DNA of 62,014 nucleotides, filler included, from Sluysia triapertura (taxonomy: Eukaryota), in assembly GCA_046118255.1 (NCBI GenBank). It is 5 parts of 5 records of this genome, joined end to end, with 100 filler letters (N's around TTAATTAATTAA, not from the genome) between each part and the next. Parts side by side here need not be neighbours in the genome. Positions count along the whole stretch, not along the records: positions 36,095 to 50,869 come from JBJNIA010248979.1; 4 more parts are not named here. One strand, 5' to 3'. The notes under the pieces are model-generated. The model was not told where the DNA came from, did not search any database, and worked only from the letters and a program-made list of their open reading frames with translations. Shown piece by piece: positions 36,095 through 50,248 of the stretch (the stretch's first letter is position 1; each line of letters begins with the position of its first letter). The position numbers and the translations under genes were made by a program.

Positions 36095-39000
36095 TTAATT
36101 CAATATAATCAAATGTAAATTGTGAAACATAAATTAGTTAATATTTATATATTTAAATATACTTTCGATCTCTGACTACGGTGGCTCTAAATAGAAAAAA
36201 TTAAAATTAATAATCTAATAGAGAATCGAAAAAGTGTTGAAGGTAAAATAAAAGTGCATCAATGAAAGAAAAATATAAATACTTCTTCACCAGATCGGTC
36301 CTACATTAATAATATTAATCAATTTTTGCAAAATTAAAATTTTATTATACATCATCTTATCTTAAAGTTTAATGAACATGTTGATCATATTTATAATTTA
36401 ATATATTTAAGTTTATGATAAATTTTTTTTCTGTGCATCTACTTTTAAGTATTTTATACTAAACCTACATTGCGCAGTAACTCATTGTACAACAACCTTA
36501 TTTTATTGTTCATCAGCAAAAACATCTACTGCCAGCATCTACATAATAATAAAATAACATTAACATTGAAGATAATTATTTTAGTGTCAGATTTGAGGTT
36601 GTCATTAATATTTTTGCAGCCTAGTACTATAAGTATTTGCTCCAATTTGATAAAACTTTGCGCAATGTACTAATATTTTGTTTGATCATTTATCATTACA
36701 GTTTAAGTTATGAATTATATTTGCATACAAATATAAAAATTACTCTTGATCCTCTACTAACGCTTCTCTGAAATAAATTATTAATATGATAAAAAAGCGT
36801 GTTATAGATAATGCAAAATAATATTAATAATAATAATTATTATGATTATAATAATGCTAATAAAATTCCACTAATGTAACATTCTCTTTAAAATCGTTGC
36901 ACATATATGAAATACAAACAGTATACAAATTAGCAACTATCGTAGTTTTCAACAATTATGTATAAATTGTTATATTTTAATGACATGCTTTTTGTTTTCC
37001 AAAATTTTATTACTTCTAAGATATATTCAATACGTGCATAGCATAGATTAGAGTTATGATTTTAATTCTACTCTTTGATTTTCTTTGTAACCAATGCAGC
37101 GTGCCATATTAAATATTTGTTTTACTTGAAAAATTATTCTTCCTGATTGATAAAATAGTAATTGCTATTGTCGTTCTTTGCTATATTTAATTAAGTAGAA
37201 GATACGATTACTAAATCTAGAAACGTTCAGTCCCTTTTTCATTAATACAATTTCTAATATTTCATATTTTCGTTAATTAGTATTTACGTATTTTAACAAT
37301 ACAATTAAATATTCTCTTTTACGTTCAGTTTTGGACTCATATGATAACTTATATTCTGTACTTCTAGTTTCAACTCCAGAATTAACTGCATTTCGTTAAA
37401 ACGCTGCCAATTATTATGAAATTATTTTGTCAGTCATGTTTCATAAAGATTTTATTATTATTTAAAAGTAACATATAATCTTCTTTCAGATGAATCAATA
37501 CGGAAATGAACGATTAATAATTCTCAAAAATCGTAATAACTTTCCAAATTAAAATATTTTTTTTAATAAGTTTGGTTGTTATTTGTTCATTATAACTTGA
37601 TTTTGTTATTTACAAACATTCTTCATTGTATCATATTCATTTCTAATTTTTAATTCAATTTTTATTCTTCTGCATTTTTATTGTAATATTTCACCTATTA
37701 ATATGACTCAGAATTAAAATAAATTTCTCATTAAGACTACATTTAGCAGAATATCAGGAACTATCCACAAAATAATATTTAGGTTCTTTAAAAAGTATTT
37801 CATAAATTGATTCTAGGTAATACATAAATGTACAAACCTCTTCAATGGCCTCTTCCTAAATTAATAAAATTATACAATTAAAAAATTAATATAAATTCAT
37901 TTTTACTGAAGTAAGAAGTCATTCGAGATTTAACATTTTGATAAATCACAAAGAAATGTCAATATCCTTACGTTCAGTTGATGTTTACAAAAATAAAGTA
38001 AAACGTTGATCTCAGTCTTCATATTTAAAAAAAACTGAAACACAAAATGGTAATAAATATGTTATGAATATTATCATAGAAACTTTTAAGGCTGGTAAGT
38101 CTTATTCATGTATTATAGCTTTTGAAAATTGAGAAAAAATTTCATTAAGATATAGACTACAAATAAATGTTATATAAAATATTACTGTTATTGCATTTTG
38201 TGATTGTATATGTAATACGAAATAATCTTTAAAATAGTGCATAGCAAATAAAATATCACATATGAATATACTTTTAATTAAGATGAAAATAAATTAGTTA
38301 TGGATATCTTGGTCTATTTAGTGAATCTTATCAAAAATGTAATGCAATATATATCATAAATAATTAACAATAATTAAAAAATACATGTTTATCAAATTAT
38401 CAAAATAAATAGATAATATTCTAAATTTGCGCAATGTTATACTAAATTAATGAAAGTAGCACAAATGCAACATATTTAAATTAAATAATGTATATTATTG
38501 AGATAAATAATAGAAATGCAATTAATGAAAATGCATTTATAATGTACCATAAAGTTAAGAATATATGTTGCTATAACGTTGTATATAAAATTATAGAAAA
38601 ATTAATCGTATTTATTGAAACAGAAAAATATTTTCTGAAATTGAATAATTAATTTATATCAACAATTTTCTATATCTGAAATAATACGTTGATATTAAAC
38701 TATGCTGAAATAACATTATAACATTAGTAAATTGAATTATTAAATTATACAAGTAAAATTATAAAAAGACTATTGTAGTTTGAATTATTTCGTGGTTCGG
38801 CAAGACAATACCAGTTTAAATCGATTACTTGATTACTGATTGAATAATCATTTTTGATACTTATCGTTTGTACTATTGAACTATTAATTAAAGTACATTG
38901 TTTTTATTTCAGCAATTATAAAATTAAAACTGAAATAAAAATAAATTTAAATTAAAGTAACTGTTCATATTTCATATTTATCGCAATTCAATTATAACTT

Positions 39001-40690
39001 TTTGTGTGGTATTGAAAAACTTTATTAAAACTTTGTAAATATAAATTAGAATAATTGTTTAAACAGTTTTATTATAATTCAGTTACGTAATGTGATACTA
39101 ATAAAATTTTATTAAAGCTTAATCGTTGTTCATTTCTTTTTCGGAAATCAGATCACAAAAATTCGATTATCACTCCATCTCTAGCAACAGCATTGAACCA
39201 AAAAAAGGAAATCGAATTCAACAAATATAAGAATTGTTTTCATTAGTGCATTGAAAAGAATGTTATTTGACAAATTTATACTAGGTCATTTAGAGATAAA
39301 AGAGAAAAGTATTTCAACTCATAAAGAATTCATCGGCAAACCAAATAGATAATAGGAAAAATACGTAAATTTACAAGACCAGACTTGGATAATGTAGTAA
39401 CCACTGAAATGTTTTGCATTTAAAAAAAATAAGTGGGAATTTAACATTAAATCAGTAAAAGAACTGTAAATTAAAAGTTATTCAGTTAAGATGTAGATCA
39501 TTATTAAATTTCAAAGGTAAACAATTATAAAGAATAAATTTTTGAGAAATTTAAGCTAAAAGGATTAAAAAAAGTTTCAATAAATAATCAGACCAAAAAT
39601 ATTCTTATGTATATGTAAAGTTATAAATTTTTAACAAATATATACCTCAGCTCCTTTACTGGCAGTTTTCTGAATTTCAATTAAAATTTAATACAATTAA
39701 AATTAATATTTCATTAAATTAATCAAACTGATTTAAATATCAAAAAAAATATTTGCAATATAAGTTTTTTATCCAATAAGTTTTAATAAATGAATAAAAC
39801 ATAATTAACTCTCGTAAACTTAATACATTAAATTGATAACATTAAATAATAACCTTGGACTTTTTACTTGCACTTCTCTGAAACAAGTTGTTATGAATTC
39901 GTAAAATAAATTTTAAAAAATGAAATATTTCAAATTTCAACAAATTATACAAAACTTTATAGTATTGTGATTCATACGTACACATTAATGAATTTAATAT
40001 TCGTTTGATATTTTTGCTATACCATTTGTTAAAAGTTCATTTAAAATTTGAAACTTTTACCTGGCGGAACTTTTTGCACTAATTTCGTGTATACATTTAA
40101 ATATTGATCTCATTATTTGAAAGTAAAAACTTTGCAATATAATTCGATATAGGTTTTTTTGGTACTTATATAATCATCTCGTTAAATAAAAAGTAATATG
40201 CCTCGAAAATATCGTTAATTATCAGGGTTTTGAATATATTTCTTTAATAAAAAGAAAGCGTTTAAATATGTAAAGTTACAGTTAAGTAGCCAATAATTCG
40301 ATTTAACTTGTTCCATATTATATTTATATATACCTAATACATAAGAAGCAACAGCAAGTTTAAGTATAAAATCGTTGCTTAGCAGTAGTATGTTTCTTCA
40401 AAAATAAAATAAAAAAATTAAGTGTTCATAGTAATATTTCTCAGAAAAAACTAATCATATTATTGAGTTTTCTACAATAAAATCAAATAACGATTATGAG
40501 TAAGGATTTTATGTGCTAAATTATTTGATCAAACAGTTCCATTTATATATGCACAAATTCTTATTTCTTGCTTATTTTGCCGATTATTTAAACAAAATTG
40601 CAAATAAAATATAAAACGTTATTTTATTGATTTCGATTTAGTAATAATAATAAAATAATACATAATGCAAATTTTGATAAATATTTTGTA

Positions 40691-42228
40691 CATCCTCCTT
40701 CAAAAATATATGACAACCCCTATTTTTGCTGCATATGCAAACTCAATTTATATTATAACAAATTAACAATACAATTTAATAAATAAAACATGGATAAACT
40801 ATTACTTATTTAGAGTTTCCACTTTTAGTACACTTTTAATTATTATATTGCATTTAAATAAATTTTGTTTCGAAAGTTTAGGACACATTATACAAACTTT
40901 TTATGTAAGAGACTATATAACATAATGTACAAAATTAGTATTTTATTGATGTTCCTGAGTTTTTCAATACCTCTACACCTTTTTGTCATCGAATTACCCA
41001 ATGTATTTTCACTTTTTATTTCAATCTTTTTCCAAGCATCTAATATATTGTTATACTGTTTTCCTTGGCTGTACACCTTAATTGAAACCATAAATTTCCT
41101 ATTGGATTGAGGTAAGGCAAGCTTGATGGGCACTCTAACACTTTTAATCCATCTTCACTGAACTTATTATGTGTAGTTTTATATCGACGACAGCATTAAT
41201 ATATGACTCAAATTTTCTGAAAATTTTTTATGCTGAATACCATAATGAAAATAACAATTTTAAATATGTTGAAAGATGACTTTGATATTTTCTGGAAGTT
41301 TGACATGCGGAACTACTACTCTTTTATCAAATCAAAGTACTTCCCATCATTAAGAGTTGATGAAACCTTGCGTAAAGCTAGCTTTTCATCATAAAATTAT
41401 GGCAACCCAAACCATAACTGATCCTCCACCACAAATCCTCTTAGAAAACATTCTCTTGAATTCTTTTTAACCATCAGACTCACCCAAATTAATTTAATTC
41501 TTTTCTGAGAATATTATCTTGGTCCCGTCAGTGTAGTTATTAATATGATTTTCAGCAGAGTTAATTCTTGCTATTTTAAAAGCATCAATAAGTGTAGGTT
41601 TAGCAGGCATTTTAATAAATTCGTCCTTACCTCTATTTTTTAATATTCTCCATACTATTGTTTTACTTCAGATTAGTTCTAAATCTAACATTATGCAAGA
41701 TGTAGACAATGTTGTACCTTATTAAAACTCCTTTTTTGCAGATTAAAAAGTGCCTTAGGACGACCCATTTGTTTCCATTGCTTTTCATAATTAATTCGAT
41801 ATCTTATGTCTTGATCTGTTTAACTTTTTGGCAATACTTGCATGACCTTACCCTTTTTTGAGTTAAAAATGGAGTATTGGATTCTTGGGAAAAGATTGAA
41901 ATAAAAAAATACATTGATTAATTCGATGACAAAACACTGCAGAGGTATTGATAAACTCAAGAACATCAATAAAATACTAATTTTGTACAATAAGTTGTAT
42001 AGTCTCTTAATAAAAGTTTGTATAATGTGCCCTACACTTTTGAAACGAAATTTATTTAACTCAATACAATATATTAATTAAAAGTTTACTAAAATTGGAA
42101 ACGATAAATAAGTAAAAATCTATTCGTGTTTTATTTATTAAATAGCATTGTTAATTTGTTATGATATAAATTGGGTTTGTATATACAGAAAAAGTAGGGC
42201 TTGGTGTCCTATACTTCTGAAACAGGGG
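40691..42228 (-). mobile_element. Tc3-like Tc1/mariner transposon with ~350-bp TIRs, decayed
   Basis: Minus-strand remnants GRPKAL, KPTLIDAFKIARINSA, KIIFSEKN*INLGESDG, FSKRICGGGSVMVW, IFQH and KVYSQGKQY...ILDAWKKI...NSM align with Tc3 transposase motifs. ~40691-41040 is an inverted copy of ~41880-42228. Left end TA|CA. Confidence 0.85.
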
Positions 42229-42913
42229 CACAAAACGTGATTCAATTAGAGATTTTAATTTGAAATTTATTTGCTATTTTAATTAAATTTATTAATATTT
42301 ATTTAATAATATAAAAATAAATGTGAAAAATATATTCTGTAAAAACGTTAAGTTGTTATGTATTCATTACTTTAGTTTACATATATAATTTATATTTTTG
42401 TTTGAATATTATTAGATATAGTAAACAAATAGGAAAATACGAAGCTAACTGTGCAACGATATATAAAATAAGAAAAATCGAATTTAATTTAATTTAATTT
42501 AATTTCTTAATTAAATTTATTTATAAATATCAAATAAAACATAAAATAAAACTTAACTAAATTATAAAAAAGTAAATATTATTTATTTTATAACAAATTA
42601 TGCAATAATTATTTCAAAATGTTTATGATAATATTGATAATGATAATTATAATGATTATGATTATGATAAATAAATAAATAATTTGATGATGTTCTAATT
42701 TTTAAATTTACATTTTTCAAATGAATATTTTTTACAAATTCTATTTTATTATTAAATTTTTATTAAATAATTATTAAATTTTTAATGTTAATAAAGAAAA
42801 ATAACAATTTTTCGTTGCAAAAATAACGCTGATGGTGTAAATTAGTGGATAAATCTATGTAAGAGACGATAAAAAAGTAAATTGATAATTTGAAGAAGTC
42901 TGTGATGATGAAG

Positions 42914-42961
<48 letters not shown>
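42914..42961. repeat. (ATT)16 microsatellite
   Basis: Perfect trinucleotide run. Confidence 0.95.
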
Positions 42962-42966
<5 letters not shown>

Positions 42967-43389
42967 ATATGAAAGCTAATTTTTTCTATATTTTATTTAT
43001 TTATAATAGTAAGTAGTTATTTAAATATAAATATTTATTTAGATAATAGTAAATATTCTTTTGGTTTTTTATTATATTGTTTTAATTTTGTAAATCTACA
43101 TTATTAAATATTTAATTAATTAAGTCTATAAAACGGATTATTTAAAGAGTTCTCTTTGTTATACATGATTTGTTTTTAAGTAGTGAACATTGTAATTCTT
43201 TGTGGCAGATTAATAAGGTAGGGTTTATTTTAATATTATTTTATTTAAGGAAAATCAGCCAATAACATGAATTCCTTTTTTATTTTAATTAATCTAAAAT
43301 CGAAAAAGTCATTTTCATTTATCATCGAATCTTAATGAATTAGATTGGTTACGAATAAACGAATAAACAATCTGCAAGAACAATGATTC

Positions 43390-43442
43390 GTGAGTCTCAC
43401 CTATGATCCTAGAGACATATCACTTAAGGGCTAGTCCGTAGG
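43390..43442 (+). other. Dispersed structured motif, copy C
   Basis: GTGAGTCT-CA-CCTATG-ATC-CTAG-AGACATAT-CACTTAAGGG-CTAG-TC-CGTAGG. Confidence 0.75.
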
Positions 43443-43610
43443 CAATAATAAATTTACTTATACTCACTGCCGGACTCTAGGCAACATTGTAATTCCGGGC
43501 CTATTTTTCAGTCATGACTTTTTGAACACGTGCATAGTAAAGGCTTCATCATATTTACACACATCGACACTCGCGGTCGTGGATGCATAAGCATAAGTAT
43601 GGGAATCTAC

Positions 43611-44740
43611 TTTAAAAATTTCTTTATTAGAATTATTTTGATTGGATAATTGTTTATACTTATAGTATAGAGAAATAATATCATTTATAATCGATTCAAC
43701 AATATAATTTAAATTTTTACAATAATTTAATAACGAATCTTTTAATATATCTGGTCCATCAGGTTTTATTGAAACAAAATTCAAATTATAAATGCATTTA
43801 TTATTAAACTTATTTTCTTTATAATCACTAGAAGCTGATAAAATAAGTTTAAAGTTTCTATATATAGTTTGTAATAATACTCGACCCATTCTGAGAGATT
43901 TTTTAGATTTCAGAGGAATTTTTGAATCTGGATAATGAATTAAAACCAAATTTGTCAATTCAGAATCTTTTAATAAGTGATATAAATAAGTAGGTGAATT
44001 ATGTTGAATTAAATTATTTAGAATTGCATAATCGTCTTTTGAAATATTGTTTAATTCTAGATTAACGTGAAATAAAACTTTATTATTAGATTTAGCAGCA
44101 ATTTTGAATGCTTTTTTTAGAGAAATTTCTAAATTATTCATAGAATTAAATGTTGCATTTGTAAAATGTATTACAGAAGCGTTTAAAAAATTAGCAATTA
44201 ACTTCAAATAATTATTCAATTGTAACAAATTTGTTTTATCGTACTCAATAAAAATGGCTGAATTTTTTATAGAACTGATTTGTAAATTGCGATATAATTC
44301 ATAAATTGTTTTAACAATCATTTCTTGATTCGAATATGCATAAATTATTGAATTTATTTGTAAATTATTTATTGATAAAATCTGTTCAGACACTTCATTG
44401 AACATAGTATAATTATGAAATTCACAATATTTGTTACTATACAATTTGGAAGATTTATATTTCGATAATAATGATGCCGGAAATGCAGTTATATCCAATA
44501 AACTAGCCACAGAAATTGGGTAATGTTTAATTAAAATGATATTTACATTTAAAACTGAGGAAGCACAAAATTCTTCTAAAATTCTTATTAAAAACGATTC
44601 TGATAATGTAACTGAAGTTTCATTTCTGTGATACGAAATGAATCTTGTTAGTTCTCCAATAACCAATCGAATTAATCGAACAATAGATTTATCTCTTGAT
44701 AAATTCGCATCTAAATTACAAATGGATAATAATATTTTCA
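43611..44740 (-). CDS. Divergent dynein heavy chain (DNHD1-like), exon e (AAA lid + AAA4)
   Basis: Acceptor tgctag (phase 1), likely donor AAA|GTAGAT. YLKLIANFLNASVIHF...LEISLKKAFKIAAKSNNKVLFHV...AILNNLIQHNSPTYLY...TIYRNFKLILS matches the AAA4 pattern LxRLAAF...FREDLKxVLxxAGxxxKxxVFL...INNLLxSGEVPNLF...VRxNLHIVL. The ORF-track tail beyond 43611 reads into a repeat. Confidence 0.75.
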
Positions 44741-45457
44741 CTAGCAATTACAAATATATAATTTCAATAAAGTTTGAAAATAATGATTTGAATTATTATA
44801 ATAGTATAATCTATGTAAAACCTTTATTTTCATTATTTAATTTATGTACACAAAAATAAAATGAATTTGAATTTCTAGCACAAATTTCTAATATCATTTT
44901 AATAAAAATACTAGGACCTAAACATGACATAAAAGGATACATTTTCATGATTAAAACTTAATAATTATATATGGCAGTAAAAATAATCAATAAAATAAAA
45001 TTATCATCAAATTGTTGAAAATGTCTAATGTATATCGGCCACGAATAAAATGTTCACTAGAATGTCTAATAAATATTGACAAGAATAAAATATTCGATTG
45101 ATTCAAATTCAAAGATTTAAATTATTCTCTGTTGTTTTTGTCCAGTGCATATCGCTTACGTAGTTAGTATGTTTTCACAGATTAATTTTAATTAATTTCT
45201 TCCTATATTAAATCCATATAACTACATATATTTACTTTTATAGAATTGAATAAATTTCTGTAATGAATTACTATGAATTTTAATAATTTCTATTGAAATA
45301 GACATCTAAATAAATTTATTAAATAAATTATAGATTATTACATATTTGCATACATAAATTATTTGGTAGAAATAAAAATTAATTATTATTTACGTATTTA
45401 GTGATTACACATTTATTGTGACATTTACCGAAATTTAGCATATAAAATAAAACAAAC

Positions 45458-45674
45458 CTGAATTTTCATCATAAAAAGTTATCTGCGACATAACCGGATA
45501 ATCTTTTTCTAACTGTTTCACAAATTGAATAAATGAATCCAATCGTACAGTATGTACCAATGATTTTACAAAATTTAAAATCAAACTCCATCTCGAATTA
45601 CTTATTATTGAATTATTTACAGAAAAACTATTATATGGTTGATTAAAAGCTTCTACTATAAATTTTGAAAATCC
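45458..45674 (-). CDS. Divergent dynein heavy chain (DNHD1-like), exon d
   Basis: Follows a 34-nt intron (acceptor aaatag). Open 217-nt frame GFSKFIVEAF...FYDENS, donor G|GTTTGT (phase 1), in phase with the exon starting at 44740. Confidence 0.65.
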
Positions 45675-45708
45675 CTATTTAAATTAAACATTGCAATATA
45701 GGTATTAC

Positions 45709-45983
45709 TTGTGATAAAGCATCTATTAACATCCTCGGCTCCTTAATTAATGTCATTATCCATGTACGAATATAATTTAGAATCGCGACGAATGCATCTT
45801 CATATGTTGGTGATATACAAAACAAATCCATTAGATGAATTGAAAACGATGTCGACATTGGATTGGTCAGAATGAATAAATGTTTTTTCATAGATTGTTG
45901 TATAAATTGTGTTCCTTTTAAAACGTAGCCATATTTGTTTTCAATAATGTGTTCAATGAAAGATTGAACTTGTTCAAAATTAT
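45709..45983 (-). CDS. Divergent dynein heavy chain (DNHD1-like), exon c (AAA3 C-part)
   Basis: Acceptor ttctcag (phase 1), donor CAA|GTAATA. SFIEHIIENKYGY...LFILTNP...SIHLMDLF...PTYEDAFVAI resembles ELLRQxxDxxGxY...FVAAMNP...ISPRFLRHF...PSxxSLxTI. Confidence 0.7.
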
Positions 45984-46575
45984 CTGAGAATACAAACAAA
46001 TAATTATAATTATTATAAATTTGTGAATTATAGTTTAGTAAAATCATTGTGTATAAAAATATTTTTCCACTGGCAGAAGCGTCTAGATATTTTTTTGGTA
46101 TTAAACAAAACCATATTTTTTTAAGAATTTTCTGGAGTCATGCATATTTTTTTCATTTGAACCAATTAAAAATTCTTAACTTCGTAAATTTGGGCATGTT
46201 TTAAATTACAATTTTGACCACGGCATTATTTACATAGCATATTAAAAAGATATTAGTTTTTACATTGGTAAAGTCTATTTCCTCAAATTGTGTCTATTCA
46301 TCTTTAATTTTTTAATATTTGAAATCGTAGATTGAATTTTAATTGTAAATTTTGAGCAAAATATCTTAATAAAAGAAATTCTATATTTTGGATAAGTTTT
46401 AAGTGATCCATAAGCCATAATTTGGACACTACTACACCAATAACTACAGCACTGCATTGGTTGCATGTTTATACACGAAATGAAAAATGCAGTTGCTGTA
46501 ATAAGACACACGTTTCAGTTTCTTTTTTCCTTATAATCGTTAAAACTAGTACATTTACTGTAGTCCGTTATATTA

Positions 46576-46632
<57 letters not shown>
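46576..46632. repeat. (AAT)19 microsatellite
   Basis: Perfect trinucleotide run inside a dynein-like intron. Confidence 0.95.
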
Positions 46633-46633
<1 letters not shown>

Positions 46634-47714
46634 TAAAATGTATAGATATAATACTCATTCTTCATTTTAATTTTAATCAATTTTAATAATTTATTATTTT
46701 TAATAAAATAAATTCATTTTAATAAAATATTGTTTAAAAATTATTAAAATTATAATGCTTTAGTGTCAATTTAAAATGAGATTACAATATAAATTTAAAA
46801 TTTAATAACAAAAAAACAATTAAATAAGTTAGATTCTATAAAGTTACTTTAGTCAAAAAATTATCCTAAAATAAAAATTAATAATAACAATATGAAATCA
46901 AATTTTAAGAGCATAAAACTCGACCAAAATTAATAAATTAATATAATTTATAATATATATCCATTAAAACTATTTACAATAATAATAGTTTTATGTGATA
47001 TTGGTTATCAGGAAAAATTAACTAGATAGAAGTTATTATAGTTATTGAAAAGTAAATTGGCCATAATATAATATTGGCAAAAAAATATTAAAAACCAGAA
47101 AAATATTATTATTTAATTCGTTAATTATTATTGAATCAATATTGAAGTTAGTATTCGAATGGACAAAATTACTATTATTTACAATATTTTGTTGAATCAT
47201 CATTAAAACGTTAGATAATTATTCATCCAATTATTGAACATATCCGCAGTATGATGTATAAAAATTAACTTTAATTATATTATTTTCTTGTTAACGACAT
47301 CATTAAGTTTTCTTGCATTAAGTTTTCTGAGTGTATAGACTTAGAAATTTAAAAATGTGCCTTTCCGTTCACACCATCACTTAAAAACTAATTTCAATGA
47401 GAATAATTAGATAAAAATTTGATTGATCTAATCCATAAGACGAATAATCAAAATACAGATAGCTCCATCGAATTGTTAAATTTTAAATATCCTTAGTAAT
47501 GAGGAAAAAATGTCTATTAAAATAAAAAATCAAAGTAATTATGGTAATTTTATTATAATTTAAAATAAGTAGACTTTTGAAACTTGGTAAAGTTAAATAT
47601 AAAATATATTTCGAGTAATCGCAATACTTAAAGTAATTATTTGTATATAGTAATGATAATTATTATTATTAAGGTTATTTATTACATAATATAAAATTAA
47701 ATTAGCAAACAAAC

Positions 47715-48009
47715 CTGCATTATCAGAAAAATTATCTATCACAATTACATAATCTTTGTCTTTATTGGAACACATATGTAAATTTTTGTTTTCATTAGCA
47801 ACTGCTGCCCAATTTCTGTCAGAAGAAATATCCACAATATCACGTATTTCACTTATTCGAAATTTATCTGTCGTATTGTTTATATGGACCCGTCTGTGAT
47901 ACAAAATGCAGCAATCAATTATTGAATCAATAAGACCTTGAGGACCGGAAAGTCTAACACTAATATTGTTGCTAATCAGCAAATTGAAAACATAATGACA
48001 AACAGCTTG
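47715..48009 (-). CDS. Divergent dynein heavy chain (DNHD1-like), exon b (AAA3 N-part)
   Basis: Acceptor atttag, donor GCA G|GTTTGT (phase 1). LLISNNISVRLSGPQG resembles AAA3 LLxxxKPVLLxGPxGxGK, and YVIVIDNFS resembles Walker B LVVFIDDLN. Confidence 0.7.
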
Positions 48010-50248
48010 CTAAATTATTAAATATATAATACTTTTAAAAATTGCTTAGCAAAATTTTATAATTAAAAGATAAATATAAGTTTTACTTATTTACAAAGAC
48101 ATACTATTTTGAAAAAGTGCAGCAGTATTTTTAAGGCTTTTTGTCAATCCTCTGTCAGTTTCTTTTTTGTCAATCTTCTTTAAAAGAAGGAATTGACTAA
48201 TGTAACGAAGTTCAGTTCCATTATATATTTTTAAACAAAGACTAAAAGTAAAGAAACGACATAATCTATAACCAACGTTGCTTTAAATACAAAAAATTAA
48301 AATTCCTTAATAACCTTATCTGATTGGTAGCTAGAAAACCAACATGGTTATAAAGATATTTATGAATTTGGACTTATATTTGTACCACAAATTAGTATAT
48401 AACGTATGATATACGAGATGAGATAGTAATAACAAACAAAAATTCATAAAAATAAGAAGATGCAGATGCAGAAAGGCATCCATGTAAATATTCATGAAGT
48501 ATTAAATTGTACAATATAACATATAATGAAGAGAGAAATAAAAAATATTATCAAATATCCAAATTAAATATAAGGATAACTATTTACACAAGATTAAATT
48601 TAAGGTTTGAGAATTGGAATTACAGCTGAAAGTGTTAAAATAAATAATTAATTAATTCAGGTCTATTAAAATTGAATTGCATTTTAGAGTAGTTCGAAAA
48701 TGATTTGCAATAATGTCCAACTGTGAAGAAAGGAAAACCGAAGGAAAATAAATGTGTGCATATTTATTTTATTTGTCTATTACTAATAAAACAAATTAAA
48801 TTGATTTCTTGTTTTACTTGATCAATCATTAGTTGTTGGAATTGTCCTATGATGCACATTTTTCCGGTTTTTATATTACATTTGTTGAAAATTAATTATT
48901 AAAAAATTTCACAAAATTATTGCTCATTTTGAAATAAAATAAATTAATTTCATGCTGTTTTATATATTAAATTTTAAACAATAGAACGAACAACTTTAGT
49001 GATTTAATTGAATTTCAAAACATAATGAACTAAATTTTTTGAAGTTATTCCCATTGATATTTTTTGTTTCGCGTTTTTAAGATTTTTTAATGTAATAATT
49101 AAAGTAGAATAAACTATATTTATCGTATTTTTGAAGCTTTTAAGTGGCCACATAAAGTTTGCAAATTCAAAAGGCTTTGTGTTATAACGTATTCGTCTTG
49201 CAATGAACAACACCATACACTTGTTTACTAACTAATACAAACAATGAACAGAGATTCTTTCTGTTATACTACAGAGTTATCAGTTCTGTCTAATAATAAA
49301 TTGTAATAATAGTAAAGCGTACACTTCTTGTTTACTTGGTCAAATAAATTTCACAATATTTCAAAGTTAACCTATTATTAAACACCTAACTTAGCCAAGA
49401 ATTGAGCATTTTTTCTTATTAATCTAAGACAGAAATAAAATGCAATTTAATATTATTAAAAGTGGATTGCACATTGAATATGACTGAACTTATTCATTTC
49501 ATAAATAAGTGTATTGTATATTTTATAATAATTGTAATTATTATCGTGTTTTATTACATAATTCTTGATTATCTTTTATTTTATCATCTTTTATTTATCT
49601 ATTTTGCATTTTTTCAATTATTTTATTTGAAAATCGCATAGTTAGCTTTTAAGACTTTGATTATATCATTTATTTATTTGATTAATTATGGACGATTAAG
49701 AACATCAGTGAGATATTTTGGATTTTGTTAAGTAAGATACGTACTTGAAATAAATGACAAAATTGTGCACACAATCATAAATTTAGGAATATTTTTGATA
49801 AAATCAATAAATATTTTAATTCTTCGATATTTTAAGATACAGAAATATATTTCTAAATCATTTAAATCAAAGTCAAGAACATTTCACTTATGGTTACTCT
49901 TTTCAATACAATAATTTTTGCATAGCAGATTTTACATGTCATAATGACAATAATGTCTTCAATTTAGACAAATATTTTATTAAAATAATGTTTTATTCAA
50001 ACATAGGAAAAATAATAAAGTTATATAAAAAATAAAATAAATTAAAATAATATAAATATAAATATAAATAAATAAATATCATACAATACAAATCTAATCT
50101 ATAAAATACACAAAGTTATTTTTTATTATAATAAAATTATTAATTAAATTAAACGTAATATGAAAAACTTATGTTTTAAATTAAATTTGAATATTTTTGA
50201 ATTTTTCAATTATTTATTAATTTTAATTTTAATTAAATTTCAACTAAC

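Noticed and set aside
5143-49216. Short ORF-track entries (5143, 8278, 16182, 18556, 22684, 23409, 24802, 25324, 33962, 34089, 34411, 35419, 36470, 40865, 44638, 46275, 49004)
   Set aside because: 60-80 aa I/L/F/N/K-rich frames expected by chance in AT-rich DNA, or antisense shadows of real exons and transposon remnants.
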